Positions 1 through 7,912 of a stretch of 22,257 bases of DNA are shown piece after piece. A program made the position numbers and the translations under genes. Every line of letters starts with the position of its first letter. The first letter of the stretch is position 1. The DNA is from Candidatus Sumerlaeales bacterium (GTDB taxonomy: Bacteria; Sumerlaeota; Sumerlaeia; Sumerlaeales; Sumerlaeaceae), in assembly GCA_038243585.1 (NCBI GenBank), contig JBBSQY010000051.1:1-22257 (forward strand). Reading direction: 5' to 3'. The notes beneath the pieces were generated by a model. The model did no database searches, had not been told where the DNA came from, and worked only from the letters and a program-made list of their open reading frames with translations.

Positions 1-1
1 C

Positions 2-256
2 ATCGAAAAGTTTCCCAACACCCACAGCAAACACAGCCGCATCAGCCTGCTCGAACCCCACATCCTCGCCGGCAGCATCCTGTTCCAGCAAACCCTGAGG
101 CAGGAGTTCTTCGTCCAGGCCGACGAATACAACGGCCGCCCCAACACCCACGACGACGGCCTCGACGCGCTGGCCAGCTGCGTGGAAATGATCCGCCGAA
201 CCCAAACTCTGGAAAACCCAATCCGAAACATAAGGGGGCGGGCGAAGGTTTTTTGA
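2..256 (+). CDS. Phage terminase large subunit, C-terminal nuclease region (5'-truncated by the window edge)
   Basis: Not in the ORF track. My translation of frame 2 is IEKFPNTHSKHSRISLLEPHILAGSILFQQTLRQEFFVQADEYNGRPNTHDDGLDALASCVEMIRRTQTLENPIRNIRGRAKVF*, with TGA at 254-256. 'KxxRIxxLxPxxxxGxIxF' followed by 'HDDxxDA' is the typical C-terminal signature of TerL RNase-H-like domains. Confidence 0.75.
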   Translation: MEKFPNTHSKHSRISLLEPHILAGSILFQQTLRQEFFVQADEYNGRPNTHDDGLDALASCVEMIRRTQTLENPIRNIRGRAKVF

Positions 257-286
257 GATTAAGGGCAGGCTCCGACTTGAGTTAAG

Positions 287-309
287 GCGGCGACAGGTCG
301 TCGCACTAC
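287..309 (-). repeat. REP-like element (GTAG plus imperfect palindrome)
   Basis: The minus strand reads GTAG-T-GCGACGA-CCTG-TCGCCGC: a GTAG tetranucleotide, then a 7-bp stem with one mismatch. Only one copy is in the window, so repeat status is unproven. Confidence 0.3.
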
Positions 310-498
310 ATGACGATTGCTTAGCTGTTGGTTTTTCTTTAGATGTTGGACGGTTTTTGGGGAGGTTGGGTTGGTTTGCACCTATACTTTTTGGGGGAGT
401 GGTCTGGTAAGGTCTTGGGAATCGTTTTTTAGCGAGCGGTTGACCTGCGGGGTGCACGAGACCCTATCCCTGGGTCAGCCTCTACAATTGTTAAGAAA

Positions 499-534
499 TT
501 GACTACCTGTCTCTCTTTGAGGTACTCTCTTTGA
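499..534 (+). promoter_or_regulatory. Candidate sigma70-type promoter overlapped by a 10-bp direct repeat
   Basis: TTGACT (499-504), an 18-nt spacer and TACTCT (523-528). CTCTCTTTGA is repeated at 511-520 and 525-534. It lies upstream of the GAGG RBS (573-576) and TTG start (583). Confidence 0.3.
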
Positions 535-582
535 TACTGAGTTGATTTAGTTTTGCCATCATATCTAATCTTGAGGTAACGT

Positions 583-3501
583 TTGTCTAAAAATAATGTT
601 TTAAACGCGCTTGTGGTTACGCTCGCTATAGGTGCCACCAGCGTTCAGGCCCATTCGGGCGATCATTCTTTCTTTGAAGCTTTCGATCATTACCGCAGTG
701 AGCACCTGGCGAAAGGTCGAAGCTCGGCCAGTCTGGATCTTGCAACGACCGGCACGGCGGAAGCCTTTGCGAAGGAGACTGCCAACCTGTTTGGGACCAT
801 TCACAACCGGGAGGGGCAGACGCTGCTTCCTCATGGTACTGTGTGTGACGATATTAATGTGGATACTTCTGGTGTTGTGACGGCGCTGTTTACGCTGCCT
901 TCGAACTTTAAGGCTTCGGAAATAGACGAGCTTAAGCTGGACACGATGAACGAGGTGGTGCGTTCTTATGTTGGCGGCCTGGATCTGACGGCTATCCACT
1001 TGCGCGCCCGCAAAGATGTCGACTCTCCCTATATTAATTTGGGCGATTTCCTCGCGCCGATCATGCCGCCGGACGAATCCTTGAAGGACTGGTTCGAGCC
1101 GAACCGGCCTGGCCCTGACGTTACCGATTCTTCCGCCGCGCCGGATTCTTCCGTTAGCACTCGAATTGGCGGTCAGGGACCGATTGGCACCAGCAGTGCC
1201 CCCGTTGGTGCTCTCTCCGGGAAGGTTGTCTATTTCACCGCCGGACATGGGTGGACCTGGAACGGGTCTTCCTGGGTTCTGCAACGTCCTGTAAATCTGC
1301 AGGGAATGAATGAAGACTTTGGCAACGTGGATCAGATTGAGTTTCTTGCGCAATATCTGTTTAATGCTGGCGCCACCGTGGTGCCTATGCGTCCCATCGG
1401 GCATCAGCCGAATGCTGTTGTAGTGGATAACCCCGCAGCGACGTTGACGGGGACCTGGTCTGATAGTTCGAGCCCTCGCTATTATGGATCCGGCACGCCT
1501 TACAACTTCACTACCAAAAGCGCTACGGAAACGGCTTCGGCGACCTTCACGCCCAGCATTCCCGTGGCTGGATTTTATCCTGTATACGTGTGGGCTCTGT
1601 ATGGCAGCGACCGTGTGGATAATCAGCTTTACAAGATCAACCACACCGGCGGCACCAGCGAAGTTCGTATAAACCACCGGCGCGTTGGGGCCGGCTGGAT
1701 ATGGGTAGGCACCTATTATTTCGACGCTGGCAGCAATCCCGCAGCGGGATCTGTGGTGGTCTCAAACCAATCGGATACAGCTACCGGAAGCGTCATCATT
1801 GCTGATGCCGTTCGTTTTGGCAATGGCGTTGGCCCCTCTGGCAATATTCGCGAAAATGAAGCGGCTAAATACTGGATCAGAGACGGCCACGGCGTGGGAG
1901 GACCTGTCGACGGTTCCGGCGATTCTACGGTCTATGCCTTTTCCGGACCCGGATATCCGACCAGCGGCGCAGCCGGTACGGATTCAAGCAATACGATCAA
2001 TTCTCCGCCCAGGAACGCTGCTCATATGAGCCGCGACGATGGTCAGGGCTACCTCGGTCAGGCCTTCGTTGGTTGGCATTCCAATGCTTTTGACGTTGGT
2101 CAGGCTCGGGGGTCGGTTGCTTTGTATCATGACACCAGTACCCCCGCAAATGCTGTTGCCTTTGCCACCCGCCTGTCTGATGGTATAGACACTGATGCCT
2201 ACATCGAGGACGACAACTGGGAATACACCTGGGCGACACGAGGTCCTTTTTTGGCTGGCGGTTATGGTGAAATCAGCAGTTCTCATCTGGCAGGCAAAAT
2301 GGTCGGGAGCATCATTGAAGTCGCTTTCCATGACAACGTGCAGGATGCCGCGCTGCTTCGGGATCCCAAAGTGCGTAACGTCGCCGCTCGTGGCATCGCC
2401 CGCGCCGTGCAACGGTATTTCGTATCCCCTACGGGTACGGGAGCGGTCTCGACTACGTTACTTCCGGAGCCCCCGATTAACCTGCGCGCTGTTAATAACG
2501 GCGTCAGCGGTGCCACCATCAGCTGGGCCGCACCGCCCACCGGTGGCGCCAATGGCAATGCCGCTACCGGTTACAGGGTTTATCAGTCGACCAACGGATA
2601 CGGATATGGATTGGCGGCCAGCAGCGCTACTCCTTCCACCACAATTACTGGCCTTACTCCCGGCCAGACCTATTACTTCCGCGTAGCCGCCACAAACGCC
2701 GGTGGCGAATCCATGCCGACGGAAAGCCTGGCTGTCCGCGTTACCCCCTCGGGCTTCGCTGATACTCTCGTCGTTAACGGCTACGATCGTCTTGACCGGT
2801 TTAACAATATCCTCGAGCCGGGCTATACGTCCACGGAACGCATTCGCCTTCGCCGCAACAACTCCTACAACTACCTCATCGAGCACGGCACTGCGCTCAA
2901 CGCAACCGGGCGCGACTTCGATTCCGCCTCCAACGAGGCCGTGGCGCTTAACCTCGTCAGCCTCGCTAATTACCAGACGGTTATCTGGCTTCTGGGTGAG
3001 GAAGACACTAAGAACCAGACCTTGAATTTAGCCGAGCGTGCCGTCGTCACCTCTTTCCTGAACGCGGGCGGTCGTCTTTTCATCACCGGCTCTGAAATCG
3101 GCGCTCACCTCGACAACGTTTCTCTCGGCGACCCTACCTTCTACAATACCATGTTGAGGGCGGACCTCGCGGCCGACGACGCGGGCGGGTATCAGGCTGC
3201 CGGGGTCACAGGCACTGCTTTGGACGGCCTCATAATGAACTTCAGCCCGGATACCGATATGTATGACGTCGATAAACCCGATAGGCTGCTGGCCATAAAT
3301 GGCTCTGTGGTTGCGGCCAACTATACCGGCAGCGGCTCTGGCGCGGCAGCGGTTCAGTATAATGGCCTCTATCATCTCGTTTACTTCGGGTTTCCCTTCG
3401 AGGCCATCAACACGGCCGGAAGTCGCCAGCAGGTTATGGCTGCAGTTCTTAACTTCTTCGACACCCCCAACTCCTCGGTAGAGGACTGGTCGCTCTTTTA
3501 A
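583..3501 (+). CDS. Secreted multidomain N-acetylmuramoyl-L-alanine amidase-like protein (amidase_3 with an inserted CBM/golvesin-like beta module, FN3 and a C-terminal alpha/beta domain)
   Basis: Signal peptide (…ATSVQA-H). Amidase_3 motifs GKVVYFTAGHG, NEDFGN, FVGWHSNA and SIIEVAFHDNVQDAALL. The insert runs VVVDN…TATFTP…GFYPVYVW…DAVRFG. The FN3 domain runs PPINLRA…ISW…GYRVY…LTPGQTYYFRVAATNAGGES. The TTG start has a GAGG RBS. Confidence 0.8.
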   Translation: MSKNNVLNALVVTLAIGATSVQAHSGDHSFFEAFDHYRSEHLAKGRSSASLDLATTGTAEAFAKETANLFGTIHNREGQTLLPHGTVCDDINVDTSGVVTALFTLPSNFKASEIDELKLDTMNEVVRSYVGGLDLTAIHLRARKDVDSPYINLGDFLAPIMPPDESLKDWFEPNRPGPDVTDSSAAPDSSVSTRIGGQGPIGTSSAPVGALSGKVVYFTAGHGWTWNGSSWVLQRPVNLQGMNEDFGNVDQIEFLAQYLFNAGATVVPMRPIGHQPNAVVVDNPAATLTGTWSDSSSPRYYGSGTPYNFTTKSATETASATFTPSIPVAGFYPVYVWALYGSDRVDNQLYKINHTGGTSEVRINHRRVGAGWIWVGTYYFDAGSNPAAGSVVVSNQSDTATGSVIIADAVRFGNGVGPSGNIRENEAAKYWIRDGHGVGGPVDGSGDSTVYAFSGPGYPTSGAAGTDSSNTINSPPRNAAHMSRDDGQGYLGQAFVGWHSNAFDVGQARGSVALYHDTSTPANAVAFATRLSDGIDTDAYIEDDNWEYTWATRGPFLAGGYGEISSSHLAGKMVGSIIEVAFHDNVQDAALLRDPKVRNVAARGIARAVQRYFVSPTGTGAVSTTLLPEPPINLRAVNNGVSGATISWAAPPTGGANGNAATGYRVYQSTNGYGYGLAASSATPSTTITGLTPGQTYYFRVAATNAGGESMPTESLAVRVTPSGFADTLVVNGYDRLDRFNNILEPGYTSTERIRLRRNNSYNYLIEHGTALNATGRDFDSASNEAVALNLVSLANYQTVIWLLGEEDTKNQTLNLAERAVVTSFLNAGGRLFITGSEIGAHLDNVSLGDPTFYNTMLRADLAADDAGGYQAAGVTGTALDGLIMNFSPDTDMYDVDKPDRLLAINGSVVAANYTGSGSGAAAVQYNGLYHLVYFGFPFEAINTAGSRQQVMAAVLNFFDTPNSSVEDWSLF

Positions 3502-3518
3502 GCGTTACAGGTTCAAGC

Positions 3519-3551
3519 AAGCGCGTCGGCAACCGCCGGCGCGCTTTTTTT
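3519..3551 (+). terminator. Rho-independent terminator
   Basis: Stem GCGCGTCGGC/GCCGGCGCGC (one G-U pair), loop AACC, followed by a T7 run, directly after the amidase stop. Confidence 0.85.
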
Positions 3552-3706
3552 AATATGGAGTCAGCAGTCCAGGGTAATTGTCTGTGTGCTGTTGTTTTCG
3601 CCGGGGCATTTTACGCGTGACAGGGCGAAACAGACGCATTTACAACAGCTCTAATTAGCTGCTCAGGTTTAAAGTTCTGCCATTACGTTTTGGAGTTATT
3701 ATCGCC

Positions 3707-5983
3707 ATGAAAATAAACACTGTCGTAACAGCGGTGACCGTCGCCCTTGCCACCACTGCCGGCACCTCGGGCGCTGCGGATTGGGCGCCTACATCCGTGT
3801 CGCTGATGACACGCTGGGCCAAGGATGTATCACCGGACAAGGTGTGGCCGGAATATCCGCGTCCGCAGCTGACGCGCGATAAGTGGCAGAATCTGAACGG
3901 CCTTTGGGACGTCGCCCTGGGGGAAAACGCCCGCGCTGAAACACCAAACTTCGACAAGAAAATCCTTGTGCCGTTCCCTGTTGAATCAGCTCTGTCGGGC
4001 GTGGGTGAACGGGCCGACCATGTTGTCTATCGTCGCCAGCTGGAAGTCCCCGCCGATTGGAAGGGGCAGCGCGTTCTTCTCCACTTTGACGCCGTTGACT
4101 GGCAGACTAGTGTTTCTCTGAACGGAACGACGCTGAAAACGCTGGAGGGAGACGAAACCCACAAGGGCGGTTATGACCGGTTCAGTTACGATATTACTGA
4201 CGCTTTAAAAGACGGTGGACCAAACGAGCTGATGGTTTCCGTGTTTGATCCATCGGACAAGGGTGACCAGCCTCGCGGTAAGCAGGTGGTCGAGCCAAAC
4301 GGAATCTGGTATACGCCGTCGACGGGAATCTGGCAGACGGTATGGCTGGAACCGGTATCTCCAAAAGGCAGCATTCAGCAGGTGAGGTTCACTCCAAACG
4401 CCGCCAAAGGAACCGTCAATATTAAGACGCAGGCATTGGGCGCGTCGGGCGAGTCCGAAGTGGAAATATCCATATTTGCTGGAGAAGCCAAACAGGCAGT
4501 CATAACGGCGGCCCCTGGTGAAGAGGTAGAATTTACTCTGGAAAATCCGCGGCTCTGGTCGCCGGAAGATCCGTTCCTCTATGATGTGCAGGTTCGCCTT
4601 CTGGCCGATAAGGCCCCCGTGGATTCTGTAAAGTCTTACTTCGGTCTTCGCGATATTGAGATGAAGAAGGTTGGCGATTATCAGCGTGTCTTCCTGAACG
4701 GCAAAGAGATATTCCAATCCGGAACCCTGGACCAGGGCTTCTGGCCGGAAGGTCTGCATACGCCGCCAACCCATGAGGCCATGGTGTGGGATATCGATTA
4801 CACCCGCCAAATGGGTTTCAATATGATTCGCAAACACATCAAAATAGAGCCGGATCTCTGGTATCATCATTGTGATAAAACGGGCATGCTGGTCTGGCAG
4901 GACGCCGTAAGCGGCGAGAATAAGTCGCCAGAAAGCCACCGCCTGTTCGAGAAGGACCTTCACCGGATGATTGATAACCATTGGAGCTCGCCCGCCATCG
5001 TGTTGTGGGTAGTTTTCAATGAGGGCTGGGGGCAATACGATACCGAGCGCATCACGCAGGAAATCCAGACGAAAGATCCGACGCGCCTGGTTACAAGCCC
5101 AAGCGGGTGGGTAGACAAGGGTGTCGGCGATATTCAGGACATGCATAAATATCCAGGTCCGGGGGCTCCGCTACCTGATCCAAAGCGCGCCAGCGTGCTG
5201 GGAGAATTCGGCGGGCTCGGCCTGTTTGTTAAAGGTCACTCATGGAGTGAGAAACACTGGGGCTACCAGGGTATGGCAACGAAAGAGGAGCTGGCACAGC
5301 GCTTTGCTGGCATCATGAACGGCCTGAAATTCCTTCGGGCCACTCGCGGTTTATGTGCGTCTGTTTATACTCAAACCACCGACGTGGAAATAGAGGCGAA
5401 CGGCCTGGTAAGCTACGATAGAGAAGTGAAGAAACTGGATACCGAGACCGTGCGGGGCATCAATGAATCCATCATCAACATGGCCGATCTGAAAGTGCTG
5501 GCTCCGACCGCCCTGCAGGATCCAGCGCCCCAGTGGAAATATACCACGGACAAACCGGCGGATGACTGGGCAACAACCGAGTTTAAAGTCGACGACTGGA
5601 AGACAAGTGCTTCCGGCTTTGGCGATCTGACGAAGCGGATTTTCGGAAAAGTTGGTACCGAATGGAAAACCCCGGACATCTGGATTCGCCGGGAGTTTGA
5701 TCTGCCCGCCGATGTGAATACTGAAAACGTGCAGCTAATGATAGTTCACGCGAAAGACGCCGAGGTCTACATTAACGGCGTGCTAACAGCGGAGCTAAAA
5801 GACTGGGTAAGTGGCTATACTCCGGTGAATTTGACACCGGGCGCCATTGCCTCCTTACGGCCAGGCCAGAAAAACACAATCGCCATCCATTGTCACAGCA
5901 CGGAAGTTGTCCAACAGGGCACGCAGGTACAAAAAGACGTCGGGCAATTCATTGACGCCGGTCTTGTGGAAGTTACGCAGTAA
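3707..5983 (+). CDS. Secreted glycoside hydrolase family 2 (beta-galactosidase/beta-glucuronidase superfamily) with a C-terminal beta-sandwich accessory domain
   Basis: Signal peptide. GH2 motifs PEYPRPQ, LNGLW, LHFDAVDW, GIWQTVWLE, RLWSPEDPFLY, GFNMIRKHIK, acid/base WVVFNEGWG and nucleophile LGEFGG. C-terminal WKYT…DIWIRREF module. GGAG RBS upstream. Confidence 0.9.
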   Translation: MKINTVVTAVTVALATTAGTSGAADWAPTSVSLMTRWAKDVSPDKVWPEYPRPQLTRDKWQNLNGLWDVALGENARAETPNFDKKILVPFPVESALSGVGERADHVVYRRQLEVPADWKGQRVLLHFDAVDWQTSVSLNGTTLKTLEGDETHKGGYDRFSYDITDALKDGGPNELMVSVFDPSDKGDQPRGKQVVEPNGIWYTPSTGIWQTVWLEPVSPKGSIQQVRFTPNAAKGTVNIKTQALGASGESEVEISIFAGEAKQAVITAAPGEEVEFTLENPRLWSPEDPFLYDVQVRLLADKAPVDSVKSYFGLRDIEMKKVGDYQRVFLNGKEIFQSGTLDQGFWPEGLHTPPTHEAMVWDIDYTRQMGFNMIRKHIKIEPDLWYHHCDKTGMLVWQDAVSGENKSPESHRLFEKDLHRMIDNHWSSPAIVLWVVFNEGWGQYDTERITQEIQTKDPTRLVTSPSGWVDKGVGDIQDMHKYPGPGAPLPDPKRASVLGEFGGLGLFVKGHSWSEKHWGYQGMATKEELAQRFAGIMNGLKFLRATRGLCASVYTQTTDVEIEANGLVSYDREVKKLDTETVRGINESIINMADLKVLAPTALQDPAPQWKYTTDKPADDWATTEFKVDDWKTSASGFGDLTKRIFGKVGTEWKTPDIWIRREFDLPADVNTENVQLMIVHAKDAEVYINGVLTAELKDWVSGYTPVNLTPGAIASLRPGQKNTIAIHCHSTEVVQQGTQVQKDVGQFIDAGLVEVTQ

Positions 5984-6025
5984 AGGCCGCAAAACTGTTC
6001 GACTTCAACATTACAGAAGGATTTG

Positions 6026-6050
6026 GCGGGCCGGAACATCGGCCCGCTTT
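6026..6050. terminator. Hairpin/terminator between convergent genes
   Basis: Perfect 8-bp stem GCGGGCCG/CGGCCCGC, loop GAACAT, then TTTGTT. It lies between the GH2 stop (5983) and the permease stop (6052). Confidence 0.65.
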
Positions 6051-6051
6051 G

Positions 6052-6903
6052 TTATTTTACAGCGCCCGCGGTGAGGCCTTCCTGTATTTGGCGCTGAAAG
6101 ATCACATATAAAATCAACGTGGGAAGAACCCCGATTGTAAGGCCCGCGAAGAGCGCGCCCCAGTCGGCGGCGTATTTTTGTGACATGGTAAGGTTTGCGA
6201 TTCCCAGTGGCAGGGTATGCGAATCCTCATTAGACACAAGGGCGAGCGCCAGCGGGTACTCGTTCCAAAGCCCGATAAATACAAAAATTCCCGCTGTGGC
6301 CAGCCCTGGTTTGGCCAGCGGGAGCATGATTTTCCAGAACACCTGGCTGGGCGTGCAACCATCTATCACGGCCGCCTCGGCCAGTTCCCACGGCAGGGTT
6401 TTAAAAAATCCGGTAAGTACAAAAATCGTAAACGACAGCGACAGAGCCACATAAACAAACGTGAGGCCCGTCAGCGTACCTAGCAGCGGAACGTTGATCA
6501 CCGGAATACGCAGTTGGTTCATGAGAATGAAAAGCGGCACAACGGCGAGAAAAACAGGGATGGTCATTCCGGAAAGGAACATGTAAAACAGCGCGCGGTT
6601 GCCGCGAAATTTAAACCGTGCCAGCACATAGGCGGCCATGGCGCTGAACAGGAGGATGAACGCCAGCGATATGGTGTCGACCACGATGGAGTTCCAGATT
6701 TTATGGGCGAGCGCGCCTTTTTCCATGGCGTTCTCGTAGTTGATCCACCGGAGCGCGTCTGGCAACGCCCAGGGGCTTTTGAAGATGCTCCAGCTATCTT
6801 TAAAGCTGGTCGCCACCAGCCAGAACATTGGATAAATGACCACGGCCGCATAAACGGATAAGAACGCATAGATGAGCAGGCGCGTGGGCGTCAGTTTTTT
6901 CAT
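6052..6903 (-). CDS. Carbohydrate ABC transporter permease (MalG/NgcG-like)
   Basis: Hydrophobic helices, the EAA loop ELAEAAVIDGC, P…W.NY, WNEY and C-terminal GLTAGAVK. The start is placed at ATG 6903 (MKKLT…) rather than the ORF-track start at 6990. Confidence 0.92.
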   Translation of the reverse strand: MKKLTPTRLLIYAFLSVYAAVVIYPMFWLVATSFKDSWSIFKSPWALPDALRWINYENAMEKGALAHKIWNSIVVDTISLAFILLFSAMAAYVLARFKFRGNRALFYMFLSGMTIPVFLAVVPLFILMNQLRIPVINVPLLGTLTGLTFVYVALSLSFTIFVLTGFFKTLPWELAEAAVIDGCTPSQVFWKIMLPLAKPGLATAGIFVFIGLWNEYPLALALVSNEDSHTLPLGIANLTMSQKYAADWGALFAGLTIGVLPTLILYVIFQRQIQEGLTAGAVK

Positions 6904-7008
6904 GAGCAATCCGCCAGCAAGAACATTTCTATAAATCTTAGTCGGCCCAGGAGCGGGACAGATTGGACCGTCCGGCCTGCTGATTGACAATTCGGTCGGT
7001 AGTTCACA

Positions 7009-7905
7009 TTAACCCTCCACCGTTTCGCGGCGAAACAGGAGACTGACGCTGCCTGCGCAAAGCAGTACCGTAAGCAGCGTCATTACGCCAATCGCGCAGG
7101 CATATCCATAGGCGCCGTTGTCAAATGCCTGCTCGTACATATAGGTGAGTAGCACGCCGTTATAACGCGCCGCCCGGCCCTCGTTAAACAGATACACAAG
7201 GGCAAAAATATTAACGGAATTGATGATGGCGTATACGGTGGCAACTTTCATTATCTCGGAAAGCAGAGGATAGGTTATGTGCCTGAATTCCTGCCATCCG
7301 GAAGCTCCATCGATCCGCGCGGCCTCGCTATAGTCGACAGGGATCCGCAACAGGCCGGCGTAGAACAACACGATATAAAAGCCTGCGATGGTCCAGATGT
7401 GGACAAGAATGACCACCGGCAGGGCGGTCCCCGGCTCTCCGAGCCAGGCATGGGTGAACTGTTCCAGACCGAGTCCGCGCAGCAGCCCGTTCAGGATTCC
7501 AAAGCTGGGGTTAAAGATAAACGACCAGAGCACAGCGGTAGCCACCGCGGACATGATGTTTGGAAAGAGAAACACTATCCGGAAGAAGTTGCGCCCGCGG
7601 CGGATTTTGGTCAGCCCCACTGCGGTGCCCAGCGCCAACAGCAGCGTTGCTCCGCCGCCGACCGCCACTACCAGCAGCGTGTTGCGCACCATCCACCAGA
7701 ACACGCCGTCGGCCATGAGGCGCTTATAGTTGCTCAGGCCGACCCACGTCATCGTCTCGGAAGCGACGTTGCCCTCATGCAGAGAAATCCACAGCACACT
7801 CAGCAGCGGATAGATGAAAAACAGGAGAAACAGAATTACCGCAGGCAGTAGAAATCCGATCATCAAACCCAACGGGCGATGGATGGCGTCGGTGGCGCGC
7901 TTCAC
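7009..7905 (-). CDS. Carbohydrate ABC transporter permease (MalF/NgcF-like)
   Basis: Motifs FLLPA, WVGLSNY, FGILN, WLGEP, EAA loop YSEAARIDGA and YGYACAIG. GTG start 8 nt from the SBP stop. Confidence 0.92.
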   Translation of the reverse strand: MKRATDAIHRPLGLMIGFLLPAVILFLLFFIYPLLSVLWISLHEGNVASETMTWVGLSNYKRLMADGVFWWMVRNTLLVVAVGGGATLLLALGTAVGLTKIRRGRNFFRIVFLFPNIMSAVATAVLWSFIFNPSFGILNGLLRGLGLEQFTHAWLGEPGTALPVVILVHIWTIAGFYIVLFYAGLLRIPVDYSEAARIDGASGWQEFRHITYPLLSEIMKVATVYAIINSVNIFALVYLFNEGRAARYNGVLLTYMYEQAFDNGAYGYACAIGVMTLLTVLLCAGSVSLLFRRETVEG

Positions 7906-7912
7906 CAGATCG

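Noticed and set aside
440..477. Possible two-stem RNA (TGACCT…GGGTCA enclosing GGGGT/ACCCT)
   Set aside because: The stems are short and depend on wobble pairs, match no known RNA family, and probably lie upstream of the promoter.
317..502. 61-aa ORF and the overlapping 429..638 minus-strand ORF
   Set aside because: No RBS or recognisable motif. Both look like by-products of the G/T-rich intergenic sequence.
601..1677. 358-aa antisense ORF (also 4205..5146, 9680..10528, 14431..15123 and 18693..19562)
   Set aside because: They lie largely or fully opposite well-supported genes and have no domain motifs. Such shadow ORFs are expected in GC-rich coding DNA.
6904..6990. N-terminal extension of the permease in the ORF track
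   Set aside because: It needs a TTG start and is a Pro-rich, non-family sequence. Family-like sequence begins at ATG 6903.
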